Positions 45,355-59,300 of a stretch of 64,000 nucleotides of DNA are shown one piece after another. Within the stretch, counting starts at the first letter, position 1, and each line of letters starts with the position of its first letter. Location: contig JAYWIR010000008.1 of NCBI GenBank assembly GCA_036172245.1, positions 2,170,001-2,234,000 on the forward strand, in the 5' to 3' direction. The translations under genes were made by a program, and so were the position numbers. The notes under the pieces are model-generated. The model saw only the letters and a list, made by a program, of their open reading frames with translations. It did not search any database and was not told where the DNA came from. This DNA is from Raillietiella orientalis (lineage: Eukaryota).

Positions 45355-46711
45355 AACAAAGAGTTGCTTCATGGGGGAAGAGACGGCTGCAAGCAGTTCT
45401 CCACTAATCAGGCGTCAAGCGATGAAGCCACATCACTTAGATTTTGCCTCCTGAGACGCCTTGGGCAGATGCCTTCAGCGAGAGGGTCCTCGCGTGCTGC
45501 GCGTGCTGGTCGATGAATGGACCAAAGGCGGGGATGAACCACGACCAGCAGAGTGAGCGAACGTGGCTACACTGCTCTGCTGTCATGGCGGGTGCTGTGC
45601 CCCGAACGTTGTCGCGTCTACTCCGCCGTAGCAGCCGCAGCCGCCTACGTGATGACGCAGTTGCTCCAAGACGCCACAGTGATGAAAAGCTTCTCCGTGG
45701 AAGCATCCTGTGACGAGACTGGTCGGCGAAACTTCCTGGGGTTTTCGGCGAGGGTGTGGAGATCGGATCGTCTTTCAGGGGAAGCAAGGATAGAGATTCT
45801 TTGGATCAACAGCAGCAGAGTGGCCGCTCCAGAGCTCAGATTCCCATCCGACTGCAACGCCAGAAGCGATCGCGGACTTTGCTCCTGCAGCCACGTGGGG
45901 TATCACCGGAGCCCTGTTTCCTCTTCTCCTTCAGGTTCTGTTTCTCCAGGAGGTATTTTCCTGGTTCAGGGCGGAACGTGTTCTCTCTTCCGGACGCTGC
46001 AGCGGTCTGTGTCGTGCCACTTTTCGAGTGGAGAGACCAAATTGTCCCACCGGGATTCATAATCCTGCAGTCCCGCCCGCCAAGGCCTCTATTGATCTGA
46101 AGACAGAGGTCAAGGTAGTGAAAGCATCTGGAGGCTTCTGACAAGTCGGAGGTAGAGGGCGTTTGCTGCAGAGGCGCTCTTCAAGACGTATCACGCTCCA
46201 CTTAATTACAGAAGGCAGAGGGCGAATCGGATTGGTGGATTCGAAGGGGCATCTCACCCCATCCACTCGTATCTTCTCGGAGGGAGAGCATCCCGGGAAG
46301 CACCACTCCCGCCGAACGCAAGGGAATTCTGCCTGGGATGCCACCCGGGCGTGCCGTGAGCCCTCAGGTGGCCGAGCAAGAAAAGATGCATGCGCAGTAT
46401 TCTGGGAAAGCCTTCTCCCATCCAGAAGCCACGATCCGACTTAGTAGAGATCAGACTGGAATCGCGACTAGCGCGGTTGGATGGATCGTGCTCTGGATCT
46501 GGCAGCGCGTCAGTGGATCACGAGCTTCCGTCCACCTTCCAGGTCGATCTCGAACGGCCGCCCGTGAGCTCTCGGGAACCTTGGCAGGAGCAACATGCCT
46601 GACCCCGGAGTGGGCAAAAGCAGCCTCAGGTCCACGGAGCCTCTGTCGAGTGCAGAATCCATCAGCTTAGATGCGGAAAATCGCCAATCAAGCAACAATC
46701 TCCGCGTCCTC

Positions 46712-47086
46712 TCAAAGAGCCCAGGACATCGAGTCGCCCCTTATCTCTGGAGCCTCCCAGCTAGTAAGGGACCGTTCGACATTTATGTTGGTCGACGTCA
46801 ATCCGTTTCCAGCTCCGGATGATGATTCTTCCTGGATCAGTTTCGTACAAAATGTCGGTAACGGTGAAAACGGTCCTTGCCATGGGCTTTCCGTTTTCCC
46901 TTCTCCCCAAAGACATTTCCCTGTTCCTTCACATGTCGCGGTCTCCTGTGCACGAACGAGCGATTCCCACCGCGAAGATTGGATTTCCGCTGTGCACCTC
47001 TTCGGTGTGAGGAGGTCAAGTCGAGAGAAGGAGGCTCCTGGTTCGCGAGTGCGCCTCCAAACGGGTATCCACTCAGCACCTCCACC
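46712..47086 (-). CDS. Candidate terminal exon of the SLC5 gene
   Basis: Acceptor cctcag is in phase 0 with the donor at 47305 and the frame is open to the TGA at 46712. The sequence is not recognisably conserved. Confidence 0.3.
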   Translation of the reverse strand, partial: GGGAEWIPVWRRTREPGASFSRLDLLTPKRCTAEIQSSRWESLVRAQETATCEGTGKCLWGEGKTESPWQGPFSPLPTFCTKLIQEESSSGAGNGLTSTNINVERSLTSWEAPEIRGDSMSWAL

Positions 47087-47305
47087 CTGAGGTTTCGTCA
47101 CTCCCGAGAGAGGCCGCTCGCACTGTTGCACTTTCGTTGGAAACTTTCTTGGCCTTTCGACACGGGGAGCGAAACGGAGACGGGGGCAAGGAGGAATCAA
47201 GCCGCGCACCCCCTGGACCGGCATCTTAACAAGCGCGCGCTTTCTTGTGCGACGCTGGCCCCGGTGGGACGACGGTTCGGATCTGGCAATCCCGTCGCGA
47301 GTTAC

Positions 47306-50300
47306 CTGAGTTTCTGCTTTCGCCTTGCCGCCGGACCTGAGGCAGAAGAGATCCAGATCGGAACGCTGCAGCAGAAGGTTGGGGTTGAGCTTCGCGTGAT
47401 CCTGCTTCCCAGTGGCCAGACTGACCGCGATCCCCACGGTAATGGTGACGAGGAAGCACAGCGTGGAGTACCACATATAGGAAACCCGGTAAAGCGGGAA
47501 CACGTGATCCCTGGAACCAGAAGGGCAGAAAAAAAAAGAAAAAGAAAACGAGAATGGGTGCATCCTCAGCGCCGAAGATACCGACGGCTGCTGGTTGCTC
47601 CTGTCCTGCACGGGGAAGCTGGCGTTGAAGGCGCACCCGTGAATGAAGGTTTCCTTGACGTTCTTCGGCAGTGACGAGAGGAAAGAGCCAGTGATCAGCC
47701 AGGCGCCGAAGCACAAGCCCGAAATCATCCCCAGCGACGCGCCCTGGAAGCAGGGCGGGCAGGTCGGCCTCGCCCGCATCCTCCACCCGACTCACCCACG
47801 AGTTTACGAACGACAGGAAAATCCCCATGGTGAACGCTCCCAGAACGGGGACTCCGGAAACTGCTGTGAAGGAAATGGTGATCTGGAAGAAGCATCCGTC
47901 AGAAGGAGGAGCCACCAGATTGCCTGGTCCACCGAAGGACCGGCGTGAAAGCGGCTCCACAAGCGAAATCGCCTAGGCAACAAAGTGAACAAATACAGTG
48001 GTACCTCGGTACTCGGCAATGTCGGAACTCGTCAAACCGGAGGTCACTCGTCGCATATTGATGAGAAAAAAATGTTACGGCGCATGCTCGGAACTCGACA
48101 CTCACCCTCATGATGAAGCAAGTGAACGCTTTTGTCTCATGGTAGCTCGCGAACAATGCCGAATACTTCCATAGAGGGCCTCCCGAACCGTTTCTTTTTT
48201 TTTGTACTTTCTGTGCATTCGAAGCGCTAATCATGGGTCCTGAAATGGTCAAAGTGTAGAAAGGAACTCGTTCGGTACTCGTCGGTTTCAGCACTCGTCG
48301 CGAGTTCCGGAACGAGTTACAGACGAGTACCGAGGTACCACTGTGATTACGCCAGTGCATGTGGAAACAAGAATTGAAAGGGGTGACAGCCAGCACCCGC
48401 AGAAAGAACGCGCCGTGCGGGACACGCCGCTTGTTCGAGCGCGCACGAGGAACCGGCCGGGAACGGGACGATGGTCTCGTCGCCGTCTCACCTGCGTCCA
48501 CCCCACCCGCCACGCTAAGGCCGCGACTCCCCGGTAGCCGATGCCGGAAGCAGGCTGCCGCCGGAAGCGCTCCTGATGCGCCCCTGTGCTGGGAAGTTCC
48601 TCCGGGTGCAACTTGGCTCCCGGGCTCATTTGTCTGCTTGCTTGTTTGCGTTTTCGGCGAGACCAGGAGAGGCGGTGTCTCGCAACCAGCCGAACGACTC
48701 GTGGCCGCAGGCAGTGCACGATCTTTTTTCTTTTTTTTTTTTTTTCAAAAAAAAGGGTCGCTTCTCCCTTCTTCCGCTGTTTACTCAGTTGGGAGCTGCT
48801 CCTTCCATTGTGATCGCCGAACCCATCGCCCCCACGCTAGGTTCGCTTTCGTCTCGGGAATCCGCGTCCCACGGAAGCATCGGCCGATTTTCGAGCCGCT
48901 CGAGAGAGCTCAAGCGCATGCGCACGGGCCGGCGGAACGCTCAAGAGGCGTCCCCTCCATGTCTTCGTCAGTGAATGCCCCCCTCCCTCCCTTCACCGCC
49001 TTCCGGGGAACCGGGAAGGGGATCAAGCGCAAGACAGAGATCGCTCGCGAGGCAGCAGGAGAGAACGTGCAGCCAGGGGGCCGATGACTGGACACCACCT
49101 GCAAGATGTCTCCAAGACGGGCCGCCAGGAAGATGAGGGTGAAAGACACGGCTCCGAAGACGAGAGTGAGGAGCCTGGAAACGTTCCCCGCTCGCCGCTC
49201 CGACATGTTCTTCCAGAAGAACCTCCGGAAGATGTCTTCCAAGGTCACCGCTGCCAGGGAATTGATGCCCGTCGAAACTGTGCTGAAATCACGGAGAGGG
49301 TGGAGTGGTAGGGGTGCCGGTGAGTGAGGGGCAGGGGAAGGAGGAGGATGAAACAGAGAGGATGAGAGGCATCGTTGCCGAATTTCACCTCAGGGACCCG
49401 CTGAAGACTCCGGACAGGAAGATTCCCGGGATCCCGGGGTAATCTTTGAAGACGTCCATCACAAAGAAGGGTACCAGCTGGTCGGCCCTGGAGACCAGCC
49501 TCGCCTTAATCGGGTCGCAGTGGCGGTATCTGGCGTACACGATGAGCCCACCGAAGCCGCAGGACACCATCAGCCCGATGAGACCCACGATGTTGATCAT
49601 GAGGCTCCTGGAATGCCGGTCCATCACCACCTCCCGCTCCCGGAGCACCTTTCGTGCATTCAGTCGGAGTCCCGCCCCTTCTTCGCGCGCCGAGTCCCTT
49701 CTCCGGCGGTAGGGGGGGGAAGGAGGAGGAAGACAGGAGAGGTCGAGCGGTCCGTTTCACGCTGGCATTCGCGCTTGCCTGCCACCGTCACCAAGGAAAC
49801 GCTGTCCGCCGCCGCCTCCGAGATCAGTGAGCTCGACAGCATCCAGGAGCTCTTTCCGCTTCGCCCGCCGGCAGCGGTCGGCAGCAGGGGAGCAAAGCAG
49901 AGCGGGGGGAAATCACGCGCAGCCGGCGCCAGCGGACGAAGGTTCGAACCCCCTTCCCCCCTCCGCCTGCTCGAAATCTCCGAGGACGATGGCGGCGGCC
50001 TCCAGCGAGCGGCTCAGTAAGGGGGAGGGGCGTGAGGAGGATCGACTGGACCAGCTACTCCAGGGTTCCGGCGGATGCCGCTTCCGGGGAAGTAGGAGCG
50101 CCGGTTCGATCCAGCGTTCCCTCCCTCCCTCTCCCTGATGCGCTTTCCTCGATTTCCAAGAGACCGAATCGAGAGCACAGCCGCAGAGCTCGAGGGGGAG
50201 GAAGGGGTGGTCCGAGGTTTCCCAAGCCCACCGCAGACCCCGAGACTTCGCTTCACCTTCTCACTTTCTTCATCGAAGACATGCACAGGTAGCGCTGCAC

Positions 50301-53300
50301 TTGAGACTGGTTCGTGCCGTACATCGACAACCAGCTGACGGTGGCTCCTATGACGACCGGGAACGCGCCATGCCTCACCAGGGGACTGATGCTGAAACTG
50401 AGACGGGCGGAGGGGAGGGATCAAAGGGCATGCCTGGGGCCGCCAGAGCGCAACCACCCCCTTACTTGTCGAACTCGATTCTCTCGCCTTCGACCGCAAT
50501 GTTCCACACCCGCAGGAAGCCGCCTTCGTCGACCAACCCTTTGACGTAGACCATCCATATCGAGCCGAACATGATGAAGATCTGCAGGACGTCCGTCCAG
50601 ATGACCGCCCGCATGCCTCCCTGGAAGCGAGACACGCACTCTCCGAGAAAGAGCAGCAAGGCGGGCGGGCAGGAAGGGAGCCGTTCCCGCGGGGAACGGG
50701 GCGAGCTGGGAGTAGCGCGGGGTGGGGTCTGCGCCTACCCACGCGGGCACACTTCGGCTCTCCTGCCGCTAGGGAGAGCCACTGGTGCCTCTGCAGGCCT
50801 TCAGCGCCAGCGACCGGATCAGGCACCTCTCCGATGGAACAGGTCATACGCAGGCGCCACGCGTTCTCCAAAGACCTGCTGGAAACGGAAACCGCCCAAG
50901 AGTTGCTCACGCGGAAACTGTTTGATGAGATGCTCCGCTGCATCTTCCGCGCGGCGAGACGCGTGCCCCTGGATGGCACGCACTCTCGGTGGCAGGATAG
51001 CACTCGAACACGCATCCGCCCTACGGAGTCGCTCAGAAACGAAACTTCCTACCACAGTGGGTGCAAGAGGGGGGGAGGAAGGAGGAATGTTCCTGTCCTG
51101 TTCAACGGGCATCGAGGGAAGGTATCCAGCGCCCGGATCCCCTGGGAGCAGGACGATTTTTTCCTCGCGTAAGAAAAAGGCAGTGTGGGGAGGGGCAGCT
51201 CGAGGGACCCAGCATCTCCCGGTTTGAGGGTTCCGGCTGCTAGGCGCAGGGAACTGGACTCCGAACGGTGGTCCGTGAAGCCAGGACTCCACGAAAAGCA
51301 CCTGGAATCCTCGGAGGACGAAGACCGCTCCAGCCGGGGTGAGAGACATTTCCGGAAAGGGGTTGACCGAGGCGAAGACAGACGAGACTTCGCCGCCGAC
51401 TCACGCTGAGATCCATCCAGGCCCAATCGCTCTTTTTTTTTTTTTTGAAAGAAATTGAAAAAACAAAACAGCTTCCGGCTGCTGCTCCCTGTTTTTTCTG
51501 CAAATCTGGGTGGTTGTAGTTTCGACCATTTGCTGCAAACCACCATCTGGTTCTTCCACCTGGGAGAGTCTTTCAAAATCCAGACAGATTTTTCGCGTTG
51601 GGGAGCACGCGGGACTTAGAGCACTGGAACCTCCGGTCCTCAAGGTGACGTCATCCGCCGTCCAGCAGGAAGCCCAGACATTTACCAGGCTCACCGGATT
51701 GGACGCTCCCCGAGTGACGGAGCGCTAATCTGCGCAACCGAGTCGGCGGAGGAGATCGCCAGCCCTCTCTCCCTCCCCCCATCTGCACAGCTCCGCAACC
51801 CTGGCGGGCGGACTGTCAGCCTTTACGGACAACCCGCCCGGGGTCGGAAAGAACGCTGGCCTGCCTCCGCCGCGATTCCGGGAAAAGAGGCGCCTCCTCG
51901 TGACTTCTGACCCGGCAGAGGCGCAGCAGAAAGCATTCAAAGCTGACCCTCCTTCCGACCCAGGTTCTCCAGACGCGGCTCCTTCCGGCAACGAATCGGG
52001 CCGGTCAGACTGGACGCGAAGAGGGGGGGAGGGGCGCAAAGCGTCAGGCAGAGGGACGGTGAGCCCGCCCTCCTCGACGAAGGGCTTCGAAATGCCTCGC
52101 AGCAGAGACGGGGCAGTCCAGCACGAAGGTGTGTCGCTACTGCCATGAATCCGCGGCAGATAGGGGGGGAGGAGGGAGTTCCCGGTGCAAGGAAAGGTGC
52201 GATCCACGGGAATGCGCGGGAAACACTGCTGTCCGAGGCTCCCTGCTCAGAGACGTCCGTCTTTCTCGGGGATTCGCCGCGTCGCCTTTCGGTGGGAAGA
52301 GGTGACGTAGCTTCTTGCGGAAAAACATCATGGGACCTTCGAGGCTTCTCTTCTGAAGAGGTCACCGCGGGAATCCTTCTACTCTCTCAATGCCAGAAAT
52401 TCAACCCCCCTACCCACAGTCTTCCGAGTAACCCGGACCACCAGTTTCAACGACCTTTCCCCTCTCTTCACTCTCTTGTTGCATTCCACCACCACCTTTG
52501 TTCCTCCTCAGCTTGGGACCTTCTTGACTCTCCCCTCTTCCTCCCTCCCTCCCCTCATCACAGCCCCATCGACCTCCCCCATTCCAATCAAACCGTTTTG
52601 TTGGACGGGTTAAACCCACATCCACCGTGGACGATTTCTGCACCTAGCTCTTCCGAAACCACTCTCCCGGTCCACCTCACGTCCCTTCATCGGGTTCGGG
52701 GAGGACGAACGCTCCTTCTCTGCCTCCCCCTCCCCCCTTCTTCTTCGTCTCTCGCGCTCACGTCACACGCTGCTTCTTGACTCTCCCTCATCGCGCGCCC
52801 GGCCAGCATCGCCCCTGGTTCGACGCCGGAAGCAGCTGCGTCTGGAGACCCCAGGGAAGAAGGAGGGGGTCGGTCCCCGGCGCTTCCCTGCTGCACCTGC
52901 CGTGACTGCAGTTCTGTCGGCAGGGACCAGCTGCCGGAGCTGGCTGCTGCCAGCAAAGGGGAGCCAAGCAGCCAGAGACGACTCCAGGGCAGGTGATGAA
53001 TTTCGGGAGAGTGCTCAGGATGCCCTCCCCGGGACCAGGAATCCAGGCATCGCGGATCAACTTTCCCGCGGTTGACAGTCGCAGACCAGGGGAAGTTACG
53101 CCCTTTTCCGATTCGCGAAATTTCCAGAGAAGATTGGCGTCTTCGCCCAGCCCCCAATCCTCCGTGGATCCGACGCTCCTCGTCAGGATGGAAGGGGGGA
53201 GGGAGGAGACCTGAGAGCACACCCGCACCCAGCAAACCCGGAGCTTTCCCTCTGCCCCTACAGGATCCCCGGGTCTGCAGGGCTCGAACTCAAGTCGCTC

Positions 53301-56300
53301 GGAACGGATCTTTTCCGTCTGGAGATGCACGGGGGGGGGCTGCCGTGGTCGATTGCGCGCGCGCGCGCGCAAAGTGTGTGCCGTCCCGAGCGCTTCAGCT
53401 GCGCGTGACGATGACGGGGGATGGGAAGCTGTGGTGGTGGTGGGGGCTTCCCCCAGGTTGCATCCTTGGCGAAAGCCGGAGAGCTAGGAGCGGGAAAGAC
53501 GACAGCCTGCCTGGCGGCGCAGGCGCGGGAACGCTGCCGTCCACCAACGCCATCCACCGCGCTCTCGACAAGAAAACGAATAGGAGGCGCTCCTCTCGCA
53601 CGAGAATTCACCATCGCGACCTATAATACAATGTAGGTGAATCCGTATTATGAATTATATTGTATCATGAATACATACAATGTATGAACCTCCATCCCGT
53701 GACATTTAAAATGTATTTCTGTGTAATACAAACCCGAAGGACATACGAACTCCTACGCCTTGCAAGTACACGGGCTACTCGCACGGATGTGCACTGCTGC
53801 AGTGCTACCAATGTGCGTGCACGAACTCCCCACGACACACATTGTGCATCCGCGTTCACATTCGTGCACACGCGTGCGCACGAATACACACGGGCACGTT
53901 GCCACAAGTGATTCTGTGTTCCGGAAAGGCACACTGCGTTCCGTACACATTGGTGTTGGCGGATGGGGGGGAGAGTGCACTTGCGGCCATGACGTCCCTG
54001 CGGGCGCGGGTGCTAGAAGAGCGACAACACGCGTCACGGTATGAATTCAGTACTTGCGAAAGGATACGCTGCTGCTTCTGTAGCACGCACACACGGTGCG
54101 CGAAGGCAGTGTGTACATGCACGTAGGGTGTCATGATGGTTTGTGCAAGCCGCGGGAAAAAATTTGTACACCAAGTGCATTGAAGAAACAGGGATGCTGT
54201 TGGAATGTCTCACGAAGAAGAGCCTAAAGTTCGTGTTCAACGGGCTCTCGCGTCTGCCAAGATTCAGGGACCAATTTCCGGTGTCAGGCAGTTCGAAGAG
54301 CCAGACAGGTCTCGTTTATATACCCCAGTGTACCCTTCAACGCTCCCATCCGTTGTTCCCTTTCCGTCTTTTCCGGAGCCAGCGTGTGTGCGCCCGTCGA
54401 AAGTGGTCACCTCGTTCTTCAAGGATGACAGCGCAATAAGTCCGATGAGTGTGAGGTTGGCTCCTCGTGAGACGATTCGCTCCGCCTCCGATCACCGTGC
54501 GAGCGACGGAGATGGTCGTCCTCTTCGCATCGCCCGTCCGGAGGAACAGCTGCTCTCAAAGATGACCGCTGCCTGCTGCGTTACCTGCTCTCGGAGCTGC
54601 AGAGAGCCGCTCCCAAGGGATTCAGGAACGCGTTCTGCTTCCAATGATTCCTGGGAGGACGGGAACCTTTACGGGATGCAGGGCGGACACGAGATCCTCG
54701 CTCAGCAGTGCCGTCCCTGTGTTTGAGGATAGACCGTTTCTTTTCTTTTTTTTCTTTATCGCACGCACCTCACGCGCGTGCGCAAACAAGTCCTCGAGTT
54801 TTGCGTACGCGCCTTGGAAACCGAGAAAAGCATGTTGGACTCCAGGACGCAGGGGTGCGAAAGTCGAGGGCCGCTGGGCCGTTAGGGGCGTTTTCAGAGA
54901 AATCTCGCGCGGCCATTAGCCGTCTTTAAAGCACCGAGAGCTCCCGACAGCACAATAGATGTGGCAAGGTGTAGACTGAGCGTCTGGATGCAGTGTGCAC
55001 TCGAGAACACTAGCAGTCCCGCATCCCGTTCCGTTTCCCTAAAGCCGCCCGTAAGCTCCAAGAGCGCATCCTTGGAGGAATTTCACTGCAGGAGCACGGC
55101 AGCAGCCATCAAGCGTGCGGGTGGCTGTCGGACGTCGTCGTCAAGGTAAAAACAAAAACAAAAGGAAAGATTCGGATCCCAAACGAACAGAATCCTTTGA
55201 CTCCATGAAAGTGCGATATCTTTCGCACTCCCTTGGCCAAGATTTTCCTTACCAAACTCGTGTACAGCACGCATATCCCAAAGATGAAGGTACTGCTCAG
55301 GTACTCATTGATCCCTGTCACTGGAACATAGAAGAGTGAGTCACTTAGACCTGCCAGATCACAGCACCCCTTATTGTCAAGGGGCGAACCGAGTGAAGCG
55401 ACTCGGGGAGGCTCGCGCCGCCCGACGGCATTCGCATCCACCCAGGAGAAACGCTTCCCACCGTGCGAAGGATCCCTGGGAAGGGTGGTGTCAGTGCAGG
55501 GAGAGACGGCGAAAGCGAGTGGAGGAGATCTCTCACTTTTGAAAGGAGAGGTCAGAAGCGAGGAGGCACGACTAATAGAGCCGCGCATCGACAAGAGCGG
55601 AGAGACGCCCTTCGGCAGGAAGGGGTCGGGAGTCTCGACACGGAGAGGCACGTCTTTCTGGTGCGAACTGTCATTGGCCCCGAAGGGACGCTTCCGAAAT
55701 TTCTCCGAAGGAGCAGAGCGCTCCTTTACACTCTGGAGAAGAAACCTCTCGAGAGGGGGTATTAGCCAGTTCCATGGAACACGATGAAGTCGCATCCCTA
55801 GGAAAGGAGGGGGTCGGCCCCATGTTTACAACAGAAGGGGAACAATCCCAGATGGAACCGACTACTTGATTCCTGGAAGGACCCTAGAGGTCCTTCCCAG
55901 AGGGTCGACTTACAATCCCGGCCAGTCAACGGGGATATCCGAGGATGTCCGGCCTCCACCAGTGGCGCACTCGAAGAGACCAGCCAGCGTCATCCAGCGG
56001 GAGGGACTCGAAACCCAAGACGCACCCTCCCGTTCTCGGAGTTGATCCTTCCTTCCCTCGGGCGGAATTCGAACCCACGACACTTGGAGCCACCCACGCG
56101 CGGAGGCCTCAGCGCCGGCCGCGAAAGAGCGCCGTTGCGTTAGTCATCTGCTGAGCTTTCGGCACTTGGCGCGGGAGTCCTGCCAAGGGAATCGGCAGCT
56201 CGAAGCCCAAAAACCGGTTCCTTGAACAAGGATTCGCTCTCAAATTCGCTTCTCGAGGAAACGCGGAAATGGAGGTGGCAAGAGAGACTGGGGGACCGCT

Positions 56301-59300
56301 CCACTGCGAGAACGGATCCTCCAGGCGTGATCCTGGGTGTGATCTCCATCCAGGGGTGGTCTCTCTCCTGAGCAAGCAGACAGACACTCCCAAGCCTGCG
56401 GAGGGAGTCGAGGACCTCAGTCAACGATGGTGGGACGGTTCCTTCAAGCTGGTGTCTTCCTGCAAGATTTTCTGGAAGTGAGGGACGAACTTCCTGCAGT
56501 TCGGGCAGCTTTTCTGCTTGAATTCTGCGCCGGTGGCGCTGTCCGCTCGTTCTTCGGTCCATCTCCTCAAAGAGGTGGTAGTTAGGTAGGTTTGCAGAGT
56601 GGGCCATCGTTGTTACGACATCTTCCTGCAAAGGTCCGCGCTCCAGAATCCAAGGAGGAAACCGAAGCGGCCCGTGGGCGAACCCGGAAGGTTCGAATCC
56701 AGCGCCACCGGTAATCGAGGGCTGTCCGCATTTCCCGAGCCCCCCAGGCGCCCTTGGCTTGCTCTCGTCCTGGAAGAGGTATCTGCAGCCGGAGATCTCC
56801 CAAGCCGCCCACAAGGAAGGCTCCTTGGCGACGCGCGCGAGCCGAATCTTCGATTCCAGATCAGGTGGTCACGACCTGCTTGCTCGCTCGCTGCATCCGC
56901 GCGAACGCTTGGCCGGTATACCTTCCTCTGGCATACCTTTCCCAGCCTCATCCATATCCGTCTTTTCCGTCTGCAAAGCCAAGAGCGCCCGTGGGCCCAG
57001 AGCGCCAGGTGATTTCGTTTTCACTCTCTCGATCGCAGGCAGGTCAGTGGTGGATTAGCGCGGATCTGGTGCCGGCGAGTGTTCCCGGCGATCCCAGTAC
57101 CCGGGAAGGTTTCGTTCCATCCCGGTTCTCTCGCCCCGGCAACCTGAACACAACGCGAACGCATTCTCGCGGCGGCTCCTCGCGCGCAAATCGAGGGAAT
57201 CTCGAAACGCTGACGAGGTCCTCTCGAGAAGTTGTGGCCGGTGACGACCTACTTCAGAAACCATTTAAGAACAGTCACTTTCCAAACTTCCACTTCATGA
57301 ACCTTAACAGCTGACACTTTAAGAACTTTACGAGCCCTGCAAGTAGATTCCGGGGCCATTAGGAGCCTCGGGTTTGTCGAGTGACCTCTTCCTCAGGGTG
57401 TTGCTAGTGCTACAGGGATCCTGCATCAATGTTTACAAATTCCAGAATCAAGAGCAGACACGGATAAACAAACGGAGCTGTTTGCGCTGTGAGGAGCTTT
57501 CTAGCCTTCAGCACCGCGCACTTCCGGGAGTTCGAAAACTCTCTGCGAGGAATCAGCGGAGCGGCCATATTGTTTTCCCTGAATGGAGGGGCTCTGCGGA
57601 CTGGGGCACGTCGTCAAGAGGTCGCAGTGGGCTTCTTCCTCCTGGGTTGGAAGGCTCTTAGGGACCACGGAGGAGTCGGAAGCATCAAGTGCCTCCTGGC
57701 GCGTGCGGTCAAGCACTTGGATTCATCTGGGACGGAAGGGAGGAATCGGCCGATGCACGGAAGGTCGAGGTGCTTCCAGGGAAAATAGGAACCAGCGACC
57801 GCATCACATCGCTGCTGCCCACTTCCGGTGCGCGCGCGCGTGCGGATTGCTCGCCCGGCAGGCGCGACTCTTTGATCCACGAGGACAGTGTTGCAACGCA
57901 GTGCGGGTTGGGGTCGCTAAAGGAGCTGCCAGATGACCCCGATTTTAACAAATCATTTTTTTTTTTCACTCTTGGAGTCCGCGGCGCCTTTTCCGAAGAC
58001 TGCACGACCGAACCGACGGCTCCTAGGCGACTGGGATGACTCCGAGGCTTCCCTGGACGTTGACGTTCCTCATGGCGCTCTGGGTCGTTCGGGCAGGAGC
58101 GAGTCGATGCTGCCAGCGGAGCGCGCGGAGGCGCGGCAAGAACGGAACGCAATGCACGTTTGCGCTCACACACGGGTGCATGCGTGGGTGTGCATTGTGG
58201 CCCTTTGCTAAACACCCCTGGGGCTCCAAACCTCATGGAAGTTCGCCATGCGATTGATAACCGACGGTCGGTGGGAGTTTCTTCACAGCTGTGCATCAGA
58301 GCGCGGAGCGATGACGCAGTTGCCTTTGCTCGCAAATCCCGGAAGGACGAGAGAGTTGCGATCTCTCCGGAGAAGACTGGTGGGGAGATGATGGGACGTC
58401 CTTTGGAATTCTCCTGTTTTCGCTGTTTCCCTTCCAGCCTTTTCCTCTCTGTTTTTGTGGTTCGCCTAGTGCTGAAGAACTGGTCGCCTCTCCGGGGGTA
58501 GGGGGAGGGGGGAGCACAAAACTCTTCAGCACTGCCAATGTCACCAGGGGGGACGTGCAACTTTTCAAGTTAAGGGGAGGTAGCCGCAATGGGACGATTC
58601 TATGAATCCAGGAAGGGCTCCGGAGGAAGGAGTGCGTTCCTCTCGCGCTTGGGAGGAAACCCTCGTCCTGGTTGTCTTCAAAGATAGCCCGGAGGGAACC
58701 TCTTCCTTGTTCTCTCTGGGAGAACCTCCCGGTTTTTAAGGCCGCTCCTAAATTTCTTCTCTCAGAGGGAACCCGCAAGGGAACTGCTCCTTGCTTCCTC
58801 CTCCTCTGGAGAGAACTCTGGGAGAGACCTCTGGGACGCTTCCCCATTTCTCTGAAGGGCATTCCTCGAAGAAAGTAGCTCGCTTTTTGACGCTCTAGGG
58901 GGGAGGCCTCCCAGGTTGGGCATCCATGGTACGCAGATGGCTCCCTACTTTCATAACCAGAGGAGAATCCCGAAGAGAACCTCTTCCTCATTTTCTCTGG
59001 AGGGACCCCATGAATGGGAGGAGCCACTTTTCGTATCTTTTCGGGAGGAAATCCAGAGAGGATCCGCTCCTGGAATTTATTCTCCAGAGGCACCGCTTGG
59101 AAAAGAACCGCTCCTTGTTTTCTCCTCTGAAGAGAATCATGAAGAGATGCTTCTAGATTTTCCCTGAAGGGTCACTCCCCGAAGGAAGCAGCACGCTCTT
59201 CCACACTCTGGAGAGGTGTCATCAATCCACCCGCTCCATGGTACGAGATGGAGGATGCGCCCGGAGGGACAGCTTCGTTCTCAAACCCAGGGGGAACCCC

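Noticed and set aside
45280..45360. tRNA gene (GGTTCGAATCC T-loop), with similar hits near 21830, 49940, 56690 and 60543
   Set aside because: No complete cloverleaf or acceptor stem. The best hits are attached to a repeated body, so they are SINE heads or isolated B-box-like motifs.
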